64,000 bases of DNA, from contig NC_082731.1 of the NCBI RefSeq assembly GCF_030144855.1, positions 27,218,001 to 27,282,000 of the forward strand. Reading direction: 5' to 3'. Below, piece after piece: positions 1-12,189 of this stretch. Within the stretch, counting starts at the first letter, position 1. Every line of letters begins with the position of its first letter. Both the position numbers and the translations under genes were made by a program. This DNA is from Hypanus sabinus. Its lineage: Eukaryota. The notes under the pieces are model-generated. The model was not told the DNA's origin. It saw only the letters and a list, made by a program, of their open reading frames with translations, and did not search any database.

Positions 1-3000
1 TGGTGCGGTTTTTCTAAATAGATATTCTGAGTTTAATGTTTCCCTGTAGATGTTTAGATTGCACTTGTGTAATCTAATTTATTCTTGTATAACTTTATCT
101 ATAGAGTTCTACAATTGGCTCTAACTTGTTTTAGAGGTTTGGAGTTTTTATTGAAGGCCTCCCTGTTGGTTGATTCACAGTTTAAGTTTTGCCTTTTTTT
201 TCTGTAAATGTTCGGTAAGTACTCTCCTCGAATCTATAATTTCCCCCTTTTCTCCCTCCTTTTTTTTTCTCTTCTTTTAATCTTCTATAATTTTTCACGG
301 GTAGGTTAGTTTTGGTTTGCTTCTGATTTTCTTTGTATTAAGTTTTATACTTCTGAAGTTGTTCCTATTTGCAATTATGTTTTCTTGTGCATAAACTAAT
401 TACCATTTGCTGTAGTATTTATACGGAACTGTTGTTAATGACACAGAACTGGAAGTCATATTTGGGTTAATATTTTTGGTACAGCTAGCTGCTTTGTTTA
501 GTAGCGGTCTAGTTTTGGGTTGCGAGAGTGGGGTGGATTCTCCAGTTCTAACACCACTCACTGTTTCTCTTGCTTTCCTTCGTTATTCCAGACATGTTTA
601 TGGTTTGATTCTACAAATCTATGTTTACATTTTTGCTCCCAGACTGTTATTGTACCGCTTTACTTTTTATATGCCTGCTGCCTTCTATACATTAACAATT
701 GATAATGGCTAGTACACTTAAATTTGTGAGCTGGAATGTAAAGGGATTGAATCATCCTGTTAAAAGAAGGAAGGTATTCTCACATATCAACTCAAAGCTG
801 ACATTGTTTTCCTTCAAGAAACTCATATTCGTTGTTTTGATAACTCCCAGCTTTTGTCAAAGTTGGCCGGTCAGCATTTTCATTCATCCTTCGCCGCCAA
901 AGCTAGGGGGGGGTCTCCATCCTTATTAACTCAAATATTCGTTTTGAACTCCATAATAAGATATCTGATACAAATAGCCGTTTTATTATTGTTTCTGGTA
1001 AACTATATAATACTGAAGTTGTACTAGCAAACCTGTATGCCCCCAATTTTGATGATGTTAATTTTTTTGAACGTTTTTTTTCCTCACTACCAGACTTAAA
1101 CTCATACTCTCTTATTCCGGGTGGTGACTTTAATTGTTGGTTGGATCCTAATTTGGATCGATCATCCTCTGTTACTAGACCACCTACTAAATCTGCCTCA
1201 GCTATCCAATCGTTTCTGTCTAATTATGGTATTTCTGATATATGGCATTTCCTTCATCCTACTGAAAGAGATTATTCTTTTTTTTCACATGTTCACCATA
1301 CCTTTACTAGAATTGACTACCTCTTACTCAATAACCAACTCATTCCATTTGTCTATTCTTGTGATTATCAGACTATACTGATTTCTAACCATGCCCCAAT
1401 TACTCTGTCTTTAAACTTTCCTGGTCTCCCTCAGAGGAATAAACACTGGCGGTTTGATTCGAATATTATTATCGGATGATGATTTTCTAAAATTTATTAA
1501 AGATCAGATAACCTTTTATTTTAACACCAATACATCACTTGAAGTGTCATCCCAGATTGTCTGGGATGCCACGAAAGCATATTTGAGGGGTCAAATAATC
1601 TCCTATACAGCAAATCTTAATAGAAAGTCCTGTGCAGATCGATTAGACCTCATCAATCACATTAAAGAATTGGATCAACTGTATGCTCAAACTAAGAATC
1701 CTGAACTATACAAGAAGCGTGTAGAACTTCAAACTAAATTTAATCTTCTGTCTAGTCAACCTGTCAAACGCCAACTTCTTGAAAGTAAGAGTCGCTTTTA
1801 CATTCATGGTGACAAATCTGGTAAATTTCTAGCCAATCAGCTGAGGCGTTCCAAAGCCAAACAACATATTACAAAGATCCGGAAGGAGAACAGAGACTTT
1901 ACATTGGATCACTTAGAAATTAATGATGCATTTTAAAATTTCTATTCTCGACTTTAGTCCTCTGAATCTTTCAATGACAATATCTCTGTTGATCATTTTT
2001 AAATGATCTGAATATTCCTTCGCTTTCATCTGATTTTAAAGTCAAACTTAATGCGCCTATATCATCAGAAGAAATATCTTTTGCAATTTCTGCATTGTCC
2101 TCAGGGAAATCTCCTGGACCTGATGGGTTCCCCTTAGAGTTTTATAAATCATTCTCTTCACTTCTTTCTCCTCAGTTACTCTCAGTATTATCTGACTCGT
2201 TTAATTACGGCAAATTGCCACCCTCTTTTAATGAGGCATCTATTATTTTATTAAAAAAGGGTAAAGACCCAACAGAGTGTTCCTCGTATAGGCCGAATTC
2301 TTTGCTTAATGTTGATGTTAAAATCTTGGCTAAAGTTTTGGCTTATAGATTAGAAAATGTTATTCCCTGTATTATTACTGATGACCAAACTTGTTTTTAA
2401 TAAAAACCGTCTTCCTTTTTTTTAACATTCAGTGTTTATTTAACATTTTATATTCACCTCCAACTGGGATTCCTGAATGTGTTATTTCCCTTGATGCGGA
2501 GAAAGCATTTGATCATATGGAGTGGAACTACCTTTTTGCAGTTTTAGAAAAATTTGACTTTGCTCAAAGTTTTATCTCTTGGATCAAATTGCTGTATTTG
2601 TGTCCTACTGCCTCTGTTTTAACTAATTTTCAGAAATCCCAGTTATTTAGCCTCAAACGTGGCACCCGTTAGGGATGCCCTTTAAGTCCCTTTCTCTTTG
2701 ATTTGGCTACAGAACCTTTGGCGATAGCATTTCGAAATTGTCCTGAATTGACCGGGATTTGGAGAGGGGGCGTTGAGCATAAAGTTTCTCTTTATGCTGA
2801 TGACTTATTACTTTTTCTTTCAAATCTGTCTACATCCTTACTGCCAATGTTTTCACTTCTTGACCAGTTTAGCCAGTTCTCTGGCTATAAACTTAATTTA
2901 CATAAGAGCAAACTTTTCCTAATTAATAAAGAAGCACAAGAATTAACATTTTGTGATCTCCCTTTTAAAGTAGTTCATAATCAATTTACTTATCTTGGGA

Positions 3001-4835
3001 TTACAGTCACAAGGAAGTTTAAAGATCTCTTTCGTGAAAATTTTGCCAATCTTTCATATACTATAAAACAGAATCTGTTACAGTGGTCACCTCTATCTAT
3101 GTCTTTGGTAGGTCATATTAAAGTTGTTAAAATGTATGTTCTCCCTAAACTTTTATATTTATTTCAATTAATCCCAATTTTTATTCCAAAATCTTTTTTT
3201 GATTCCTTAGACTCTATTATTTTGTCATATCTGTGGAAGAATAAGCATTCTAGAATTAATAAAGTCTATCTCCAAAAACCTAAAAAAGAGGGTGGCATGG
3301 CTTTACCTAACTTTCATTTATATTATTGGGCAGCCAATATACGTTGTGCTACCTTTTGGTCTTTTTTCCATGGCCAACCCGAGTGCCCTAATTGGGTGGC
3401 AATGGAGTTGAGCTCCACTAAAGTATTATCTATCTCTGCACTTCTTGGCTGTGTACTCCCTAGTAGTTTGTCCAGATTAATAGTTAATCCTCTTGTTAGA
3501 CACACTTTGCGTATATAGGCACAGTTTAGGAAATTCTATGATTTCCATGGTTTTTTCCTTTTCTAGCCCTATCTTACATAATCACCTTTTTTTACCTACT
3601 ATTTATGACTCAGCATTCCATGATTGGTATAGGAAGGGCATTAGACATTTTGAAGATCTTTTTATTGATAATAGCTTCGCTTCTTTTCAACAGCTCTCTG
3701 CTAAGTTCAATCTGCCCAATGCTCATTTTTTTAGATATCTCCAAATTAGACACTTTATTGTTCCTTTAATTCCGAACTTCCCTGAAATGCCTGTGAAAAA
3801 TGCTATGGACTTTTTTCTTTCCATTAGTCCACTAGGTAAAGGTTTAATATCATTTATTCGAGATAAATTAGCAGCCTTACGACGTGCCCCTGTGGATAAA
3901 ATTAAAATGGCATGGGAGCAGGATTTAAATACCTCCTTATCTGATGAGAGTTGGGACTCGATTCTCAAATCGGATAATTCAACCTCTCTTTGTGCTCACC
4001 ATTGCCTTTTACAGTTTAAGATTGTTCATAGAGCCCATATGTCTGAATCTAAATTATCTCGTTTTTACCCTAACATTAGCCCGCTTTGTGATAAATGCAA
4101 AAGTGGCGAGGCCTCTCTCATTCATATGTACTGGTTTTGTCCTAGCTTGGAGAAATTTTGGAAAGATGTCTTCATAACATTATCGTATATTCTGAATCAC
4201 CACCTAGGACCAAACCCTTTAATTGCTTTGTTCAGTTTCTGGGGTGAGACAGATTTACGTCTGAGTTCGACTAAGTGTCGAATATTATCTCTTGCCTCTC
4301 TCCTGGCTAGACGTTTAATCCTCCTTAGATGGAGAGATGTTGCCCCGCCCATGCATGCTCAATGGCTTAACAATATTATGGCCTGCTTAGACCTTGAAAA
4401 AATTCATTATTCAGTTCTTAATTCGGATTTAAAGTTCCATAAGGTCTGGGGACCTTTTATTGAGTACTTTCATAACCTTCCTCTTAACTAAGGTTTTTTT
4501 TTTCGATCCCTTGCTTTCAGCTCCTTTTTCTTTTGGTGGTAGGCATTAATATCTTCTGTTGCTAAGTGTATTTACAGCTTTGGGGGTTTGATTGTCCTGA
4601 TGTATATACTCTATATTGTGTTGTGGTTGGTCTGGAGTTTTTTTTGTGTTGCGGGGCTTAGGGAGGATACTAATTTTACTTGTCTTCAATTTGGGTGCTT
4701 TTTCAATTATCTTTCTTTGTATCATATTGTTATTGTATGTTTATTTTTGCACTGTATCAATGTTCTTCATTTTGATCTGGGTTTTTTTTAGCTGTAGTTA
4801 TGTAGAAAATGTATAAAAAACTAATTTAAAAATAT
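1..4835 (+). mobile_element. L1-clade LINE, decayed; window starts in the inter-ORF region, ends in an A-rich tail
   Basis: T-rich spacer 1-698, then fragmented ORF2 (next feature), then A-rich tail at ~4812-4835. Confidence 0.9.
699..4491 (+). pseudogene. L1 ORF2 (APE endonuclease + reverse transcriptase + C-terminal CCHC region), frameshifted
   Basis: SWNVKGLN; GGDFNC; YSFFSHVHHTFTRIDY; SNHAP; KSPGPDGF; SLDAEKAFD; YADDLLL; C-terminal CDKC...HMYWFC; split over many ORFs. Confidence 0.93.
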
Positions 4836-5484
4836 TCTCCTCATATACTCATCAATTTGCATCCTCGGATCACCAACCCCTCCACCCACTTTTCTACCTT
4901 CAGAACACTTCACCTGTACACGGAGGGTGATTTGCACCAGTCAGTTAACTGACCAACCAGCACATCTTCAGGACATTGCAGGACCCCAGAGCACACTGGG
5001 AAATCAGGAGCAATCAGAGGGTCAATGTGCAAACTCCATATAGACAGCACCTTCTTGTTTTGAGGACCAAGCAGAAAATCCATCAGAAAAGACAGCCCTT
5101 GACACTATTTCTACGTGACAGTATTACCATACTATATTAGAAATTCTTGGGTCTATTCTTTTAGTCTAACACACTATGAACTGCAGTGCTCTATGAACTA
5201 TGAACTGAACTGCTCAGGGACAATTAAAGATGGATAAAGAAATTGCTTGTTTTGGTGATGACAACATCTGGTGCAGGATAAATCTTCTAAAAGTCACTGG
5301 ATCCTGCTAGTAAGTCATGGCCACTGGCTCTCCATGCAATTCCTTTGAATTTTGCTGCAGTAGAGTTGATCCCCAGGATGACACAGAAGTTCACTCACAC
5401 CAGGGCTGCACTATTATTCAATATTGACCTGGCCTGGCAGAGTTCATAGCACATTGTAAACAATTTCATAAATGGGGTGAGTCT

Positions 5485-5796
5485 CTTGGAATTTCTTCAC
5501 TTGCTTCTTGATACGGGTGTTGGAGGGACGATGAATCACTGTACAGCTGAAGACTGATTCTGTCTTCCACTCCTGTAAACTCACGGTCAGGAAGTGTCTG
5601 GAACTGAGCGTCCACCCCTGCTCCAAAGCAGTCCGTGTCACACTGGTGTTGGATCACAGTGGTGCCATTCTCCCAGGTAACATTTATTTGGTTCGGGTAG
5701 AATTCAGAGACCACAGACTCCAGCTTGACCATTTTCCTATTCTTGGTCTCTTCCTGAGGTGGAGGCTGTCAGGATTTTGAATAAAGACTGACAATT
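5485..5796 (-). pseudogene. Ig heavy-chain constant (C1-set) exon, IgW/IgNAR family, most like IgNAR C3 / its IgW homologue; pseudo-exon
   Basis: QPPPQEETKNRKMVKLESVVSEFYPNQINVTW...TALEQGWTLSSRHFLTVSLQEWKTESVFSCTVIHRPSNTRIKKQV. Resembles recalled IgNAR C3 (PPSPEE..ATLTCLIRGFYPD..TALEQDLTFSTRSLL..EWKSG..CTASHPPS). First Cys is Ser, frameshifts present, splice donor deleted relative to copy B. Confidence 0.88.
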
Positions 5797-5890
5797 CTGC
5801 GGATTAGAAATGGAAATGCTCAGAATCTTACTGGAGATATTTCTATTGGTTGAGTTAGATCAAGACAGATCATCAGTACATGACAATAGA

Positions 5891-6073
5891 ATGCAAATAG
5901 AATAACAGGAGCACCCAGGGCTGAATCACGTGTCTCATATTCCTGTAAGTTTTGATTGAGAAAAGAAAATCAGAATAAAGGATGTGCTCACTAGGTTTAG
6001 AATCCCTTTCTAATAACTGTACCAGTTGGTTCACTGTGAGATGGAGCTCTGTGAGACAGAGAAGCATGCAAAT
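5891..6073. promoter_or_regulatory. Two perfect octamer motifs (ATGCAAAT) upstream of the minus-strand Ig C exon
   Basis: ATGCAAAT at 5891-5898 and 6066-6073; sequence match only, function unknown. Confidence 0.3.
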
Positions 6074-7059
6074 TTCTTAGCAGAGACACAGCTCAGTATA
6101 TTCTTTGCTTGGAGACTCAGTGCCATTGATCAGTAACAATGAGCACTGTGAATCAATGAGAATCCCTTTCTCCATCTGGGCTGAGCCTGGGATTCACTCA
6201 GTTTAATAACTTCACATCCTGACATCCCAGTCTTACTGTGGTTGTGCCTCTCCTCATCTCTGCAACCTTCACCACCAACACAAGCTTCAGAAAACATCGT
6301 ATTCTTTCAAGTCTGCTCACTCATACACCTGCACTACTTCTGCTGGTGCCTGTGGTTTTAGCATTCTTGCTGACAAACACTGAAGCCTCTGTCTGTCTTG
6401 AAATGAGCAGCCATGGTCAGACTGTACACTTCAGTTAGCGACTGATGATCTGGTTTTATGTGTTTCAATCCCAAGCAGCAGATGGTAGTTTAAATTCCAA
6501 TAATAAATGTTTCTGGGATTAATAAATAGACCATGGAAGGATTTGTACTGTTATAAAACCCATGCAATTTGCTGTTGTTCCACAGGGGAAGAGATCAATC
6601 ATCCATATTGTTCTCTGACAAGTTGTGAGAGGAATTTTTTTTTGGGAATGGTTGTTGCAAGACCATTCATACATTTCAGTGACGCTGAACCTGAAAATAC
6701 AGAAGCCTAGTCTGTGTTCAGTAGCTCACTGGCTGAGGTTGGAGTGGAGGACAGTGTGTTCAGAGGGGGTAAGTTTCGAGGATGAGAGGGGTGTGCTGAA
6801 TTCGAGAATGTTTATGTCTCGTTGGAGGACTGTCAAGCCTTTTAACCAATGGTGGCAGGAACAGGGTCAGGTCAGGCACAGGCCGGTTCACTGTGTCTGT
6901 CTTCCCTTTATTCTGATTGTTCCCCTCTCTTCCTTCTGCAAAGAGCCTCTGGAGGGAATGGCCTTTGTGTGTTTGATATTGCTGCACTCTGGGAAATGCT
7001 GCTGTGCTGTTTGAAGGACAGTTTACATTCTGGGTCCACTTTAGTTCAGGTTTCCTGCT

Positions 7060-7415
7060 CCATTTACTCACTGCCCATTATGCCGCTTGCATTTGGGGCA
7101 GCAATGAAGGCCTTCCATCTCTGTCTGTCCTTGGCCATCTTCTCTATTGTGTCCCAGGTGTAGTTCAGGGTCCTCATTTCTGTCTCTATGGTATGGTGCC
7201 AAGATGTCTTTGATCTCCTATGGTACCTCCATCCTTCAGGGATACAGTGAAGTCTTGATGATAGAGTTGGCCTCATCACATTCCCAATTCATCTCCAATG
7301 TTTCATCATGGTGATTGTGGCCATGTCATCCTGATGACACTGAAGCAGCAGGACATAGTTGGAGATCTTTCTTGCCCAGAAAATACAGACGATCTTCCAG
7401 AGGATCATGGTGTGA
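7060..7415 (-). mobile_element. RTE-clade LINE 3' fragment
   Basis: W..TIETEMRTLNYTWDTIEKMAKDRQRWKAFIAA, then AGT-repeat tail; paralogous to 29350-29695 and 36945-37290. Confidence 0.75.
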
Positions 7416-7429
7416 AAAGAATTTGGTAC

Positions 7430-7640
7430 CTTGTAATGATAATCTGCAACCACTGGGTGTCAGAGGAACACCTCCAGTTATTGATACTTCATCAGTCTGG
7501 CTGCTCATAACTGAAATCTGGGTCTCAGTGTAATAGTCAGGCACGGAGGGACTGCTGGACAATGTGGATGAAACAGTGCACAGGAGGATTCCACTGTGCC
7601 AGGAAGTCCTGATTCACTGCAGGAGATCTTCAGATGAATA
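7430..7640 (-). repeat. Unidentified ~220-bp exon-like repeat, copy A
   Basis: TATTCATCTGAAGA...GGAATCCTCCTGTGCACTGTTTCA...ACAAG|GTACC on the minus strand. Confidence 0.85.
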
Positions 7641-7774
7641 TGTCACATTGAAAATTCAGACAGGGAAAGGACAGGAGATTCATTCAGCAGTTGATACCTC
7701 ACAGACAGTGCAGGGCTCTGCATTGGCATTCTATACAATCCATGCTTTCTCCTGGTGTCTTTTCCCATCAGACA

Positions 7775-8015
7775 TCATTCCCTTTCCCACTCGTTCTCCT
7801 TATCTCTTTCCATTTCCATCTCCATTATTCTCTTGGTCAATCTCTTTCTTGATCTCTATTTTTATTCTCTCTCTTTCAGTCTCTCTTCTCCTTTGTCGTC
7901 TCTCTTTCAGGTACAATATGATGCATTCTCTCTCTCCATCTTGTCCAGTCTTTCCTCTCCCCATCACACTTCCTCTCCATTCCCATTCCAACTCTCTCTC
8001 CTTCCTCCTCCCTCT
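7775..8015 (+). repeat. Polypyrimidine/polypurine low-complexity tract (mirrored at ~28765-29005)
   Basis: Almost purely C/T on the plus strand; gives the spurious Ser/Leu/Phe-rich ORF 7564-8175. Confidence 0.85.
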
Positions 8016-8755
8016 TTGCAGCTTGTCCTGTATAAAGATGACAGGGTTTGAAAACCTGTCAGACACATCATTTTATTTCATACAATTTGCCTGTGATTTC
8101 TGTTCTTCACACCACACTGCCTGTCTCACTGTTTCTGCTCTCCCACTTTCCAATCTGAAACAGACTGTCTTTTGAATCAGCCCCAGTTCTTCATTAAGGA
8201 TTACAGAGGCTCATTTGTGTCCATGGATAGACCTCAATGATAAACACCTACTGGACAAAGTCAGCCAGCAGCAACCCCGTGCTTCTGGACAGCAGTTTCA
8301 ATATGGATTTAATCTGAACTTTTGTTCATGGGACACATCTTTAGTAATTTATTTTTGCTGCTTTTGCTATTTTACAGCTGTGCCAAAATAATTGTTGGCA
8401 TCTCATGCGATGGCACACTTGGTGATGTACATAGTCTGCCCAACTACACTCCACTTCATTCCCTCCACCACTGATGCACCGTGGATAATGCCTGTCCTGT
8501 GCTTCAAGAGTAATTTTTCTCTGCAGTGGAACTTGAACAGGTTTTATTTTGTTTTGGTGATGATTACATTCTGTCTGTGGTAGCCCAGATGCTAATTTGA
8601 ACTGAACTGAGGTAGGGATTCAACAGTTTCTTTCCAGCCATCAATGCTGCTGAAATCACTGTGTTTCTCCAGCAGACAGTGTGTTGCTCTGGATTCCAGT
8701 ATCTGCAGTCTCTTGTTTCTGGATTGAAGTTGACTTGATGGAAAGCATTTAGTAT

Positions 8756-8979
8756 CTTGCAGTGACAACCTGCGACCACTGGGGGTCAGTTATACACCTC
8801 TGAATTAAGGTATTGAGGCTTCAGTCAAACAGGCTGCTGTAATAGCAACCTCACGCCACTGGGTGTCAGTGTTACAGACAGACAGAGAGGGGTTGATGGA
8901 CAGTTTGGGTGAAACAGTGCACAGGAGGAGTCCATTGTGCCAGGAGGTCCTGAGATGACGGGAGCTCTTCAGGTGAATA
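8756..8979 (-). repeat. Unidentified ~220-bp exon-like repeat, copy B
   Basis: Same core as copy A; donor position mutated to AT. Confidence 0.85.
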
Positions 8980-9299
8980 TGTCACATTGCTACGTGGTTT
9001 CCTCCCACATACAAAGATGGGCTTGTCAGTAGGCTAATTGGCTACTGTAGATTGCCCGCAGTGTGGATTGATAGAGTTCTACAGCATGGAAACAAGCCTT
9101 TAGCACAAACCGTCCATGCTGACCAAGATGAGAATCCAAGTGAGACCCATTTCCCAGTGTTTGGCCCACAACCTTCCAAAATGTTCCTCTCCATGTACCT
9201 GTCCAAGTGCCTTTCAAAAGTTGTTATTTACTTAACCATTTCCTCTGGTGGCATATTCCACATATTTTCCACCATTTCTGTTTAAAAATCTTTTATTTT

Positions 9300-9900
9300 C
9301 CTATTGAATCTTGCCCTTGTCAGCTGACCTATGTCCTCAAGTTCTTGATTCCCCAGTCTTCGGTAAAAGACTGAGTGGATTCATCACAGCCGAGTCCGCG
9401 TGATTTTATCAAATCTCCCCTCACTCTCCTACTCTTGAGGGAATAAAGCCTTAGCTTGTCAAACCTCTCCTCGAACTCAGTCCCTAGAGTTCTGGCAGCA
9501 TCCTTGTAAACCCTTTCTGCATTCTTTCCAATATAATGATATCTTTCTTGCATCTTGGTGAATAAAATGAACACAACACTGCAAGCGCAGCCTCACTGGT
9601 GCCTTGTACAACCACTCCATGACCAGCCAACATTCAGAATCAATGTTCTGTCTAAATAAGACCAGCATGCCAAAACCATTCCTCACCATCCTATCTAACC
9701 CTGATAACACTCTCAGTGAACCATGTGTTTGAACTCCAAGGTCCCTCTGTTCTACAACACTCCCCAGGGCCCCGCCGGTTACACTGAATTTCCTACATTG
9801 GATTGACTTTCCAAAATGCAACACCTCACACTTATCTGAATTAAAACCCAGATGCTACTGCTCTGCCCATTTGCTCAGCTAATCAACATCATCTTTTCCA
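9300..9900 (-). mobile_element. CR1-clade LINE 3' ORF2 fragment
   Basis: MLHFGKS...EQRDLGVQTHGSL...; RRVRGDLI. Confidence 0.85.
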
Positions 9901-9989
9901 CAGTTCACTTTACTACTTACTTTAAAGTCATCTGCAAACTTACTAACAATGCCTTGTACATTCTTATCCAAATCTTTGATGTCAGTGAG

Positions 9990-10560
9990 AAAAGCAAATG
10001 TCCCAGCACTGACCCCTGAGTTCTGCCATTTGTCTGGATCTACTCCCTGGAGACCCATTTCTCTGTGGCCAGGTACAGCATCAACTCATCAATGGAGCTG
10101 CTGTAGAAATATTCAACAGCTTCAAGTTCCTCGGCACCCATATCACCAGCAACCTCACCAGGTCCCTTCACACCGATGATGTGATCAAGAAAGCTCATTA
10201 GCATATTCCTTGTTTTTAGGTGTCTGACATTTAGTATGTCTGCGAGGAATCTAGAGAGTCATGGTAGAAAGCATTCAGACAGGTTGCATCACACTCCTGT
10301 ACGGCAACTGCTCTGCTCTTGACCATCTGAACCTAAAGAGAGTGTTAAACACAGCCCAGTCCATCAGAGGCTTGTTAATTCCTCCCATCCAGTCAGTCTT
10401 CACGGTGCATTGCCTCAGGAAGACTCATGGTATTGTCAAGGATGTATACCATGCTGATCATTCCCTTTTCAGTCTGCTACCTTCTGGAGAATGTCGAGAA
10501 GCTGAAAATCCTGAATATCCAGACTGAAGAGCATCTTTTCCCCTTGATATCAGTCTCCTG
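9990..10560 (+). mobile_element. Rex1/Babar-like LINE 3' ORF2 fragment
   Basis: FKFLGTHI; ESIQTGCITLLYGNCS...KDVYHADHSLFSLLPSG. Confidence 0.75.
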
Positions 10561-12026
10561 AGCTGATCAATTCTTTCACATCCCCTTCCTGGTGGTGCTG
10601 CCATGTTCTCATACCATTCTCTTCATTATTCTGTTTCTCACACTATGGTGTGTTGATTTGTGGCATTACCTCACACTGCACAACAGTCCCTGTACCATTG
10701 TGCAGTTTCTCTGCTTATAAATTTATTCCTATCATCATGTATATTGGGCATTCTTTATCAGCTTCAGGTGAAAAGGAATTTGATTGCGCCCTGGTGTACA
10801 TGGCCATAAATCAACCTAATCTAATCTGAACTGTTTCATACCGTTTCTGAGGGAAGTTCATCACAAAGCATTCATGCCTTGTCTTTAGCTCTCATGTGCT
10901 GGGCTCCACCCTCCTGGAAGTTGATTCTATTGGAGTCGACTCATTTCATTGTCTTTTAATGATCCATCATCATTCACCCCTGCATGTGGCAGGACTGCAG
11001 AGGCTTGATCTGATCTCTTCTTGATGGGACTGTACTTTGGCCATTCTTTGCCTCTTTTGCTTCTTTACAGATGTGTAGACTTGATGCTTGGCACCTCACG
11101 TGTTGGTACATTTGGTGATGTATATGGTCTGTCCACCCACACCCCAGTTCATTCCCTCCACCACTGATATACCATGAATGCAGTGTACACTATCTACAAA
11201 ATGTACCACAGCACTTCAGTGAAGATTCAGTGACAGTAATTCCCACACTGCAATCTCTGGCACAATGGAGGACAACTGTACTCAGGACATTGGGAATGCT
11301 ACTGACTGTATGTCATGCACCATCTGCACTTGGACACAGATGTCTGCTCCTACATTGTCATTTCGCCCACCTCATAGACACCAACAATGATGCGAGCCCC
11401 ACCCCGAACCAACTAACAATCTGAGTATGCAAGTATCTGACAACAATCTGGAGTATCAGCATTATTTCTGTATCATTGACTGTCAAAGGGATGTGAGAAT
11501 TATACTCGTGACACAGTACATAGTAATCACACCATCTCCACAGCAAGAACAGCCAAAATGTACAGGTAACCTGCTGATGACATCATCCCATTTGTTAGTA
11601 ATTCTTTTACAGCCCAAATAATCAGGATGTAAGAGGGAAGGAAACAATGATGTCTGTTCATATATATTCTGACAAAAGGAGAATCAGTTTTATATCTGTT
11701 TGTATTATCCCAATGTATATATTATCCATGATTCAGGACACGGTATCAGAGGAGTGATGAGTCACCCTGACAGAATATTAGGATGATTCCAGGAAATCCC
11801 TGGTACAGCCGCTGGTGCCACCAGGCTCCCCTGCTGACACGGTAAGGTGGGAAACTAGAGATAGCAGGTATGTGATTCCTTTTACTAATGACTTGTATGG
11901 TTGGACACATGGCCGATGGCCTTCTGGTGGTGGTGGGGAAATTTAAACAGGAGACTGGAGGCAGACAGATTTTACATGTGATTATGATTATATGGTGATG
12001 TCTGACTTCCATTTTTTTCTCCAATC

Positions 12027-12145
12027 CAGATGAAGGTCTCCGCCTGAAACATCGACTGTTTACTCTATTCCATAGATGCTGTCCGGCCTGCTGAGTTCCT
12101 ACAGCATCTTGTGTAGGTTGCTTGGATTTCCAGCGTCTGCAGATT
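12027..12145 (+). mobile_element. Penelope-associated terminal repeat remnant with degenerate hammerhead-like core
   Basis: CAGATGA-AGGTCTCCGCCT-GAAACATC followed by ...TGCTGAGTTCCTACAGCA; same family as 20338-20525. Confidence 0.55.
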
Positions 12146-12189
12146 TTCTGTTGCTTCCTACACTCAATACATTAATTTACAAAGACCAA

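Larger units (their letters stand above)
4850..8175. repeat. Segmental duplicate (copy A) of 31670-37470, with an internal inversion and deletions
   Basis: 4850-5392 matches 31670-32194 directly; 5388-6747 matches the reverse complement of ~32220-33761; 6742-7420 and 7990-8175 match ~36610-37470 directly. Confidence 0.88.
7050..11700 (-). repeat. Inverted duplicate of ~26200-29700
   Basis: Same ordered blocks in opposite orientation (unit at 11240-11700, CR1 piece, exon-like repeat, Py/Pu tract block, second repeat, RTE end); each side has private insertions. Confidence 0.85.

Noticed and set aside
6880-6900. CACTGTG heptamer (also ~36767, 33097, 6033)
   Set aside because: No nonamer at 12 or 23 bp and no J-like WGxG or FGxG frame.
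7560-7640. V-region-like words in the repeat (WxKQ..G, LKISCSESG, SYYCR)
   Set aside because: They occur in different frames, strands and copies, and the Cys-Trp-Cys spacing does not fit a V domain.
7564-8175. 203-aa ORF
   Set aside because: Mostly translation of a polypyrimidine tract; no domain.
8370-8500. Repeated block N (also ~11030-11230, 22780-22900, 28330-28450) as a novel exon
   Set aside because: Its core (CATTCCCTCCACCACTGA...TACACTATCTACAAAATG) resembles the 3' ORF2 region of a common shark LINE, so it is probably TE-derived.
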